From assembly GCA_963772725.1 (NCBI GenBank), contig CAVYYI010000001.1, positions 352,001 to 416,000 of the forward strand: 64,000 bases of DNA. Reading direction: 5' to 3'. This document shows positions 22,389 through 30,176 of the stretch, piece after piece; the first letter of the stretch is position 1, and each line of letters starts with the position of its first letter. The notes under the pieces were generated by a model that searched no databases, was not told the DNA's origin, and was given only the letters and a program-made list of their open reading frames with translations. The stretch comes from an uncultured Phycisphaerales bacterium (GTDB lineage Bacteria > Planctomycetota > Phycisphaerae > Sedimentisphaerales > Anaerobacaceae). Both the position numbers and the translations under genes were made by a program.

Positions 22389-22475
22389 ATGCAGAAAAAT
22401 TGCACATTTTGGTGTTCCTCGACAGCCATAACCGGTCTGAACACGCTGCTGTTGCGCCATGCGGCGCAAATATAG
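22389..22475 (+). CDS. putative leu operon leader peptide (28 aa)
   Basis: MQKNCTFWCSSTAITGLNTLLLRHAAQI*; CTG CTG TTG codons overlap the hairpin TTGCGCC/GGCGCAA. Confidence 0.65.
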   Translation: MQKNCTFWCSSTAITGLNTLLLRHAAQI

Positions 22476-22576
22476 ATCTACCAAATTTTTTTCGTAACCC
22501 TCATTTTTTTATTAAATTAATGGCAATTTGCCCTTTATTCGGGCATAATTAGCAAAAACTTTTTGGAGCAATAAAA

Positions 22577-24124
22577 ATGTCTGATAATAGAATTATAATA
22601 TTTGACACAACGTTAAGAGATGGCGAACAGGCGGCAGGTACACGATTAGGCACAAGGGAAAAACTCGAGATAGCCTTACAGCTTGCCAAGTTGGGTGTTG
22701 ACGTTATAGAAGCTGGTTTCCCGATTTCATCGCCACAGGATTTTGAGGCGGTGCAGTTGATAGCTCAGCAGGTTAGCGGTCCGACAATCTGCGGACTTTC
22801 GAGGGCCATCGATGCGGATATAGACGCCGCAGGCAAAGCCCTGAAAAAGGCCAAAAAAGCCAGGATTCATACCGGTCTTGGAATCAGCGATATTCATATC
22901 GCAAGCAAGTTCAAAGATGAAAAGTATGGCAAAACCCTCGAAGAGAAGAAGGCGAAGACTCTTGATATGAGTATAAAGGCCGTCAAACACGCCAGGCAAT
23001 ATACTGATGATATTGAATTTTACTGTGAAGATTCCGGCAGAGCAGATAAGGAGTATTTGTATAAAATCATTGAAGCTGTGATAGACGCGGGTGCAACTAC
23101 GGTAAATATTCCCGATACAACGGGTTATTCGATACCTGAACAGTATGGCCAGTTAATAGCGGATATTTTTAAGAAAGTTCCGAATATCAAAAAAACCATA
23201 ATCAGTGTTCACTGTCACGATGATTTGGGAATGTCGGTGGCGAACACGCTGGCAGGGGTCAAAAACGGCGCAAGGCAGATAGAGTGTACCATTAACGGCG
23301 TCGGAGAACGCGCGGGAAACGCATCCCTTGAGGAGGCGGCAATGGCTATAAAAACCCGAAAAGACTTCTTCGGACTTGAAACTAAAATAAATACAAAGGA
23401 GTTGTTCAAGACAAGCCGAATGGTCGCAGAGATGCTTGGAATGTTCGTGCCTCCGAATAAAGCTATCGTTGGGGCAAACGCCTTTGCGCACAGCAGCGGT
23501 ATTCATGTTGATGGCTTTCTTAAAGACCCGCTGACTTATGAAATCATCAGGCCGGAAGACGTCGGTTCGCCGAAAAGCGCGGTCGTACTTACGGCGCGAA
23601 CCGGAAGGCACGGACTTAAGCACAGGCTGACGGAACTGGGATATAAAGTATCTGAAGCGGAGCTTGAACAGCTATACCAGAGGTTCCTCGATGTAGCGGA
23701 CAAAAAAACTGAGGTTTTCGATGAAGATATCGCCGCTCTTGTGGGAACTGAGATTAGAAATGTTGAACAGGTATTTGAACTTCAGTATCTGCACGTGGCC
23801 TGCGGGACAGGAACCCTGCCTACAGCCAGTGTAAAGATGAAAATAAAAGGAAAAGACTCGCCAGTAATCGCGGCGGCCTGCGGAGATGGGCCTGTTGACG
23901 CGGCTTATGAGGCGATAAGAATCGCTACGGGGCAATCGCCCAAATTGGACATTTATACGATTAAAGCTGTTACCGGCGGCAAAGAAGCCCTGGGTGAAGC
24001 GACAGTAAAGATAATCGATAATGAAGGGTTCAGATTTGCAGGCAGAGGTGTTTCGACAGATATTATCGAAGCATCGGCAAAGGCTTATGTCGATGCAATA
24101 AATAGAATGGTAGCGAGGGTATAG
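22577..24124 (+). CDS. leuA: 2-isopropylmalate synthase
   Basis: IFDTTLRDGEQ, HCHDDLG, NGVGERAGN, HSSGIH and the regulatory domain GDGPVDA. Confidence 0.96.
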   Translation: MSDNRIIIFDTTLRDGEQAAGTRLGTREKLEIALQLAKLGVDVIEAGFPISSPQDFEAVQLIAQQVSGPTICGLSRAIDADIDAAGKALKKAKKARIHTGLGISDIHIASKFKDEKYGKTLEEKKAKTLDMSIKAVKHARQYTDDIEFYCEDSGRADKEYLYKIIEAVIDAGATTVNIPDTTGYSIPEQYGQLIADIFKKVPNIKKTIISVHCHDDLGMSVANTLAGVKNGARQIECTINGVGERAGNASLEEAAMAIKTRKDFFGLETKINTKELFKTSRMVAEMLGMFVPPNKAIVGANAFAHSSGIHVDGFLKDPLTYEIIRPEDVGSPKSAVVLTARTGRHGLKHRLTELGYKVSEAELEQLYQRFLDVADKKTEVFDEDIAALVGTEIRNVEQVFELQYLHVACGTGTLPTASVKMKIKGKDSPVIAAACGDGPVDAAYEAIRIATGQSPKLDIYTIKAVTGGKEALGEATVKIIDNEGFRFAGRGVSTDIIEASAKAYVDAINRMVARV

Positions 24125-24148
24125 GGGGTAGGGTATAGGGTTTAGAAA
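24116..24148 (+). repeat. left 7-bp tandem array (4 units)
   Basis: AGGGTAT AGGGGGT AGGGTAT AGGGTTT AGAAA; overlaps the leuA stop codon. Confidence 0.85.
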
Positions 24149-24197
24149 TAAAAGGGTAAAGATAAATGGATGAGAAAAAAATTAGGGACGTAAGATA

Positions 24198-25851
24198 AAG
24201 ACTTCTGCAAAATGAATGATTTTTAGCAGAGGTCGGAACGGATAAACAACGCAATGGCAGTGGAACTGATGGATTATTGCAGCATGAGTGTGAATTTTGG
24301 TTTTTTTAAGGCCAGAAGGCCTGTTTAGAGACAGAGTATCCCCGAGAGTTCTGTCTTAGCTCTTTGAAAAGTTAATCGTTCAACGTCAACTGAGACATCA
24401 GCCGGCCTTGCGTCGGTTTGGTATTTGTGCGAATGTTTTATGGCAACGCATTTTCCCGGGCTGTTTAAGCAATATAGCAGCGGCAACGCCGATAAGACTT
24501 GCCGTCAGATGAGCGATTGTCATCTGATTACGCACGGTTTTCAATGAATAGTGCGTAGTCTGTTCAGCTTCACGGTCTCCTAACCGAGCAAAGTATTGCT
24601 CGACTGATTCTCTTTGCTTGAAAGTTTCCTTAAATTCCCTTGAATCCCTTGGGACACGCGAACGTGCATCTTCAGTGATATCAATGTACTTGGTACAGCC
24701 GTAGCATTTGCCGGTATTGAAGGATGGAAGGTTTACCGGACAGGTGTTACTAAGTTTTTCAGCAGTCTTTTTGCTGACCTTTAAGGGGCAGCGAAACTTG
24801 ATGCGTTCACGATTGCCCTCGGTCCATCTTCCGGTCGACCTCATTTCAAGACCAGCATCACAGATGGGACAGCCGTGAGGGCCAAAAGTCTTGTCATCTT
24901 TCTGATTTCTTGGGTTGATTGGGATATATGGGTTTCCCTTCATCTTTCCAACTATAAAGGTGTACAGGTCTCTGACATCGTAGGCCTTATCCGCAAGAAA
25001 CAGAAAGCCTTTTCTGACCCTGTATCTGCGTTTGAGTTCTTTAAGCAGCTTGAAGGCAACCTGCTGGTCTGTGGTGTTGTTTGGCAGAGTTATTTCAACA
25101 AGCGATATTCCTTGTTTTGAGATTATGACATGTGTCCTGTATCCCCAGAAGAACAGCATGTTTTCCTTTTTGCCGTTGAGGACCTGACAAGAATAATAGC
25201 TCAATGTTGCAGCAGGATTTCGAGTGGGCGTCTTGGTTTTATCGGTGGTGTTTCGGGCGGGATTTTTGAGATTATTTTCTTTTGTGGCAGCCATAACAGG
25301 TTTGGAGTCAATGATCAAGGTATCAAGGCTGACTAATCCCTGTTCGATAAGCCGCTGATTTAGACGGTAATGAATTTCTTTGAGAACAGAGTTATCGGTA
25401 TCTGCCAAGAAACGATAGAATTGGGATTCGTCCGGCATATTCCCGAGCGTAAAGCCGCACAGTTCCAGCAGAGGCGGATTGGCTTGAAGATATTCGATAA
25501 GCTCAGGGACAGATTTTATTTGCTGAAGATGTTTGACGATGAGTGCTCTCAGGATGGCATGTCGTGAGTGACCTGTTCTGCCGACACCGAAGTTTCTGTC
25601 GGGCAGAATGGAAATATCGAGAGCCTGAAAGAGATAGAAGTACTTTCGCAGCAGCGATGAATTTCTGACAAGCTCCTGGAGGTCATAAAATAGTGACGTT
25701 TGAACGTGGTACATAAAAAAATCTCCTTTATTTTGGTTGTAAGTCCTTTTACTGACAACGCTTACATAATATCCAAAATGGAGGAGATTGCAAGAAAAAT
25801 AATGACATAAGTCGTTATTTAACAAATATTTATGAATTTTACAAAAGGCTT
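24198..25851 (-). mobile_element. insertion sequence (IS1182/IS5-like DDE), about 1654 bp, 10-bp target duplication
   Basis: ACGTAAGATA directly repeated at 24188-24197 and 25852-25861; imperfect TIRs AAGACTTCTGCAAAATGAAT and rc(ATGAATTTTACAAAAGGCTT). Confidence 0.9.
24398..25714 (-). CDS. DDE transposase
   Basis: IIDSKPV, FWGYRTH, LADKAYD and RESVEQYFARL; AAGGAG RBS before ATG 25714. Confidence 0.9.
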   Translation of the reverse strand: MYHVQTSLFYDLQELVRNSSLLRKYFYLFQALDISILPDRNFGVGRTGHSRHAILRALIVKHLQQIKSVPELIEYLQANPPLLELCGFTLGNMPDESQFYRFLADTDNSVLKEIHYRLNQRLIEQGLVSLDTLIIDSKPVMAATKENNLKNPARNTTDKTKTPTRNPAATLSYYSCQVLNGKKENMLFFWGYRTHVIISKQGISLVEITLPNNTTDQQVAFKLLKELKRRYRVRKGFLFLADKAYDVRDLYTFIVGKMKGNPYIPINPRNQKDDKTFGPHGCPICDAGLEMRSTGRWTEGNRERIKFRCPLKVSKKTAEKLSNTCPVNLPSFNTGKCYGCTKYIDITEDARSRVPRDSREFKETFKQRESVEQYFARLGDREAEQTTHYSLKTVRNQMTIAHLTASLIGVAAAILLKQPGKMRCHKTFAQIPNRRKAG

Positions 25852-25879
25852 ACGTAAGATACTGAAAGGAGAAAAATGA

Positions 25880-26392
25880 ATGGGATGCAGAGGAGTATAT
25901 TTTGCTTTAACAGAAAATGATGTTCAAAAGCTGGTTGGTGCAAATAACGACGCAGAAGTGTTAGAAATAGTTCAAGAGGACATCGAAGAACGTTGGGACA
26001 AAGAGTGGCTTCAAGAAACTGATAAGGCCTGGGACGCAATACATCGCTGTCTCACGGATGGAACATTGGTATGTAAGGGTAAGTCAATTTTAGAAAAATG
26101 TGTTCTTGGTGGAAAACAATTACATCAAGGGAACAATTATATAGTTTCGCTCTTAAATCCAACCGAAGTAAAAGAGGTGTCTGAAGCATTAAAATCAATA
26201 AACGAGGACTTGCTGCGAAAAAAATATTTCGGTTTGAAAAAGAAGTTTCTATGGTTTGACATCACAAGATATGACGGTCCCATTGGTGAAGAAGATTTTA
26301 GCTATACGTGGTCATACTTTGAAGCAATAAGAATGTTTTTTGGAAAAGCGAGTAAAGCGGATCGTTCCGTAATATTCACGGTTGACCAATAA
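25880..26392 (+). CDS. YfbM/DUF1877 family protein
   Basis: MGCRGVY, TDKAWDAIHRCLTDG, LNPTEVKEVSEAL and C-terminal RSVIFTVDQ. Confidence 0.8.
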   Translation: MGCRGVYFALTENDVQKLVGANNDAEVLEIVQEDIEERWDKEWLQETDKAWDAIHRCLTDGTLVCKGKSILEKCVLGGKQLHQGNNYIVSLLNPTEVKEVSEALKSINEDLLRKKYFGLKKKFLWFDITRYDGPIGEEDFSYTWSYFEAIRMFFGKASKADRSVIFTVDQ

Positions 26393-26425
26393 TAACGTGA
26401 AAATTTATTTCAAAGGATTTAAAGA

Positions 26426-26806
26426 ATGGAAGCGAAAAAATTAAAGAGCTACAGGGAACTTATAGTCTGGCAGAAAGCGTATAAACTCGTTTTGGAGATT
26501 TATAAATTTACATACAACTTTCCCAAGACAGAAACTTACGGACTGGTTCAGCAAATCAGAAGAGCTGCGATATCAATTCCTTCAAATATAGCTGAAGGAT
26601 ACGGAAGAAAACACAGGACAGATTATCATAGATTTCTGTCTATTGCTTATGGCTCATTGCTGGAACTTGAGACTCAGTATTTGCTTTCAATAGATTTGGG
26701 TTATGCCAAGCGGAACGACATTATCGAAGGCTTGACTAAAGAAGTTGGACGTATGTCATACCGAATAATGAATCCTTTGCAAAACAAAGAAGAAGGATAT
26801 TTTTAA
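26426..26806 (+). CDS. four-helix-bundle protein (23S rRNA IVS protein / Avd-like family)
   Basis: SYRELIVWQKA, FPKTETYGLVQQIRRAAISIPSNIAEGYGR and FLSIAYGSLLELETQ. Confidence 0.93.
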   Translation: MEAKKLKSYRELIVWQKAYKLVLEIYKFTYNFPKTETYGLVQQIRRAAISIPSNIAEGYGRKHRTDYHRFLSIAYGSLLELETQYLLSIDLGYAKRNDIIEGLTKEVGRMSYRIMNPLQNKEEGYF

Positions 26807-26807
26807 T

Positions 26808-26842
26808 GTTTTCTATACCCTATCCCCTAAACCCTATACCCT
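26808..26842 (-). repeat. right 7-bp tandem array, inverted relative to 24116-24148
   Basis: TTTTCT ATACCCT ATCCCCT AAACCCT ATACCCT, immediately before the leuC RBS. Confidence 0.85.
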
Positions 26843-26857
26843 AAAGGAAAGAAAATT

Positions 26858-28120
26858 ATGCCAATGACGATTACTGAAAAAATTCTTGCAAAGGCCGCTG
26901 GACAAAAAAGTGTAAAACCCGGGCAGTTGATTGACGCGAATATCGATGTGGTGATGTGTCACGATGTAACGACACCTCCGGCGATAACGATGCTGATTGA
27001 AAATGGGATTGATAAGGTGTTCGACAAGGAAAAAATTATTGTAACGCCTGACCATTTTCAGCCTGCAAAGGATATAGCCAGCGCGGAACTTCACAAACGG
27101 CTCGATGAATGGGCGAGACGCCAGAATATTAAGTATTACTATAAACTCGGCAAAGCGGGAGTGTGTCATGCGCTGCTGCCTGAGCAGGGACATATCCGGC
27201 CTGGTGAGGTGATAGTCGGCGGCGATTCGCATACGTGTACTTATGGTGCGTTTGCGGCGTTTAGTACGGGTATAGGCTCAACAGATCTGGCGGCGGCAAT
27301 CGCGACGGGGAAACTGTGGTTCAAGGTGCCGGCGACGATAAAATTTATTCTTAACGGCTCGTTGAGCAAGGGTGTTTACAGCAAGGATGTTATCATTGCT
27401 GTCATAACGAGAATCGGCACGGACGGTGCGCTTTATAAGGCGATGGAGTTTGTCGGGCCTGCGCTGGCGGAGATGTCGATGGAAGCGAGGATGACCATAA
27501 CAAATATGGCCATTGAGGCTGGCGCAAAGAATGGTATAATCGGTTTCGATAACGTAACCAAAAGGTATCTTGATGAGCATCTCAGGGACAAGAAGGATTA
27601 TACCGTTTTTGAATCGGATAAGGACGCGGAGTATGAGGCTGTTGAGGAATTTGATTGTTCCAGGATTGAGCCGATGGTTGCGTTGCCGCATCTGCCGAGC
27701 GGCGGTGTGGCAATCGGCCAGTGCAAAGGTAAGGCGATGGACCAGGCATATATCGGCAGTTGCACCAACGGCAGAATCGAAGACCTCAGAATCGCGGCGG
27801 GTATAATGAAAGGAAAACAGGTTGCCATTCGCACGATTATAGTGCCGGCCACGCCGGTGATCTGGAAGCAGGCGAAGGATGAAGGTCTGTTTGATATATT
27901 CTATGACGCTGGCTGTGTAATTTCCGCGCCGACGTGCGGAGCGTGCCTGGGCGGCTTTATGGGAATTCTGGCTTCTGGTGAAAAGTGCATCAGTACCACC
28001 AACAGGAATTTTGTCGGCAGGATGGGACATCCGAAGAGCGAAGTTTATCTGGCAAGTCCGGCAACTGCAGCGGCAAGCGCGATAGAAGGCAAGCTGACAG
28101 ACCCGAGAAAATACCTGTAA
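26858..28120 (+). CDS. leuC: 3-isopropylmalate dehydratase large subunit
   Basis: [38 protein letters not shown] and [10 protein letters not shown]. Confidence 0.96.
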   Translation: MPMTITEKILAKAAGQKSVKPGQLIDANIDVVMCHDVTTPPAITMLIENGIDKVFDKEKIIVTPDHFQPAKDIASAELHKRLDEWARRQNIKYYYKLGKAGVCHALLPEQGHIRPGEVIVGGDSHTCTYGAFAAFSTGIGSTDLAAAIATGKLWFKVPATIKFILNGSLSKGVYSKDVIIAVITRIGTDGALYKAMEFVGPALAEMSMEARMTITNMAIEAGAKNGIIGFDNVTKRYLDEHLRDKKDYTVFESDKDAEYEAVEEFDCSRIEPMVALPHLPSGGVAIGQCKGKAMDQAYIGSCTNGRIEDLRIAAGIMKGKQVAIRTIIVPATPVIWKQAKDEGLFDIFYDAGCVISAPTCGACLGGFMGILASGEKCISTTNRNFVGRMGHPKSEVYLASPATAAASAIEGKLTDPRKYL

Positions 28121-28179
28121 AGTCCAAAGGTAAAATTTCAAAGCGACAAGATAAAGATCAAAAATTAAAGGAAGACATA

Positions 28180-28662
28180 ATGAATACGGCGCATGTTTAT
28201 AAAAGGGACCATATAAATACAGATGAGATTATTCCAGCGAGGTATTTGAATACCGACAACCAAGCCGAGCTGGCGAAGCACTGCATGGAAGATATAGATA
28301 CGAATTTTGTCAAAAAGGTTTCTCCGTGCGATGTGATTGTGGCCGGTGAAGATTTCGGGTGCGGCTCAAGCAGGGAACACGCGGTCTGGGCGATTCGCGG
28401 CGCAAAGGTGCAGACCGTTATCGCTAAATCTTTTGCAAGGATTTTTTACAGGAACGCAATCGACTGCGGTTTTTATCTGATTGAACTGCCGAGCGCTCTT
28501 GATAAAATAGCTGACGGCGATGAAATTAATATAGATTACAAAAACGGCTTGATTAAAAATGTTACAAGTGGTATTGATATTTCTTTTAATCCGCTGCCTG
28601 ATTTTGCTCTTGAGATAATCAAGGACGGTGGACTGCTAAAACATATAAAAAAGAAAAAATAA
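28180..28662 (+). CDS. leuD: 3-isopropylmalate dehydratase small subunit
   Basis: [22 protein letters not shown] and [20 protein letters not shown] before ATG 28180. Confidence 0.95.
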   Translation: MNTAHVYKRDHINTDEIIPARYLNTDNQAELAKHCMEDIDTNFVKKVSPCDVIVAGEDFGCGSSREHAVWAIRGAKVQTVIAKSFARIFYRNAIDCGFYLIELPSALDKIADGDEINIDYKNGLIKNVTSGIDISFNPLPDFALEIIKDGGLLKHIKKKK

Positions 28663-28672
28663 AAGATTAAAA

Positions 28673-28828
28673 ATGGACAGGCGTAATTTTTTAAAGGCGA
28701 TAGGTTTCGGAGCGGTTTCGCTGGTTGTTCATGGCTGTGTGGAGAGTCTATCTTTGTCCAAGGCATCTGGCGGCACATTTTATGAAACGCCGAATATAGA
28801 TATCAACCTGTCGGTAAATAAAAAATAA
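28673..28828 (+). pseudogene. Tat-signal-only remnant of an exported enzyme (sulfatase-like start)
   Basis: MDRRNFLKAIGFGAVSLVVHGC...ETPNIDINLSVNKK*, 51 aa. Confidence 0.6.
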
Positions 28829-28867
28829 TTCAATGATTGGAAATTAGTTTAAGAAAGGAAACGTTGC

Positions 28868-29952
28868 ATGAAGTCGTACAAGATTGCTGTAATACCTGGA
28901 GATGGGACTGGGCCGGAAGTAACGGCCGAGGCGGTTAAAGTTTTGAAGGCTGCCGCTGACAAATTCAAATTCAAGGTTAACCTGACCAATTATGATTTTG
29001 GCGGCGAAAGATATAAAAGGACAGGCGAAGTTCTGCCTGACAGTGCTGTCGCGGAGCTTGGCAAATTTGACTCTATTTTATTAGGCGCAATCGGACATCC
29101 GGATGTGGCGCCAGGTATTCTCGAAAAGGGGATTCTGCTTAAAATACGTTTTGACCTCGACCAGTATATCAATCTTAGGCCGGTGCGGCTTTTCCCCGGT
29201 GTTGAGACGCCACTTAAGAATAAAGGCCCTAACGATATTGACTACGCGGTGATTCGTGAAAATTCGGGCGATGCATATACCGGGACAGGCGGGGTTACTA
29301 TGAAAGGTACACCGAATGAGGTTGCGGTACAGTCCGCTGTTTATACGCGTTTCCAGGTTGACCGCTGTCTTAGATACGCTTTTGAGTATGCGCGTAAATA
29401 CGGCAAAAAAGCCCGCGGCAAAGGCGAAAAGAATACGCTTGCTCTGTGCGGAAAAACCAATGTTCTTACTTATATCTATAACCTGTGGGAAAGAGCATTC
29501 CACGAAATGGGCGAAAAAGAATATCCTGATATCACCAGAGAATATTACCATGTTGATGCAACGTGTATGTGGATGGTAAAAAGCCCGGAATGGTTCGACG
29601 TGATTGTTACCGGCAATTTGTTCGGAGATATTATTACCGACCTTGGCGCGATAACACAGGGCGGAATGGGTATTGCTGCCGGCGGAAATATCAATCCTCA
29701 GGGCGTAAGTATGTTCGAGCCTATCGGCGGAAGCGCCCGAAATATACGGGTAAGGGCGTGATTAATCCTCTGGCGGCTGTCTGCGCCGCGGGGATGATGC
29801 TCTGCACACTCAGCGAGGAAAAGGCAGCGACTAAAATCGAGGAATCCGTGAAAGATATAACCGCAAACAAACTGAAATCTCTTGCAGCGGGCAAGATGGG
29901 TTACTCAACCAGCCAGGTCGGAGATATGGTAGCGGGAAAAGTAGCGGAGTAA
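28868..29952 (+). CDS. leuB: 3-isopropylmalate dehydrogenase; one apparent frameshift at about 29738
   Basis: [10 protein letters not shown] and [20 protein letters not shown] joins [14 protein letters not shown] when one C is restored. Confidence 0.92.
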
Positions 29953-29981
29953 AAAAATTAGACAGGATTAGCAGGATTTAT

Positions 29982-30176
29982 ATGGAATGCAGAAAAAATC
30001 AGAATCTTAAGGATTGCAACTGCTCATATCCAGGCTGCGAGAAAAAGGGTATGTGCTGTGAATGTCTGAGTTATCACTTGTCTATGAAACAACTGCCGGG
30101 CTGCTGTTTTCCGGACAAGGTTGAGAGGACTTACGACAGGAGCTTTGCCGCTTTTGCAAAGGCATGGAATCTTTAG
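29982..30176 (+). CDS. small Cys-rich protein (DUF6485-like)
   Basis: CNCSYPGCEKKGMCCECLSYH...LPGCCFP...TYDRS. Confidence 0.75.
   Translation: MECRKNQNLKDCNCSYPGCEKKGMCCECLSYHLSMKQLPGCCFPDKVERTYDRSFAAFAKAWNL

Noticed and set aside
26426..26806. Avd-like gene as part of a diversity-generating retroelement
   Set aside because: No reverse transcriptase or TR/VR pair is visible in the window.
27278..28141. 287-aa minus-strand ORF and similar long antisense ORFs over smc, RACo, DUF58 and PFOR
   Set aside because: Shadow ORFs of well-supported genes, with no motifs.
27985..28179. N-terminal extension of leuD in the ORF track
   Set aside because: It overlaps leuC; the RBS and homology begin at ATG 28180.
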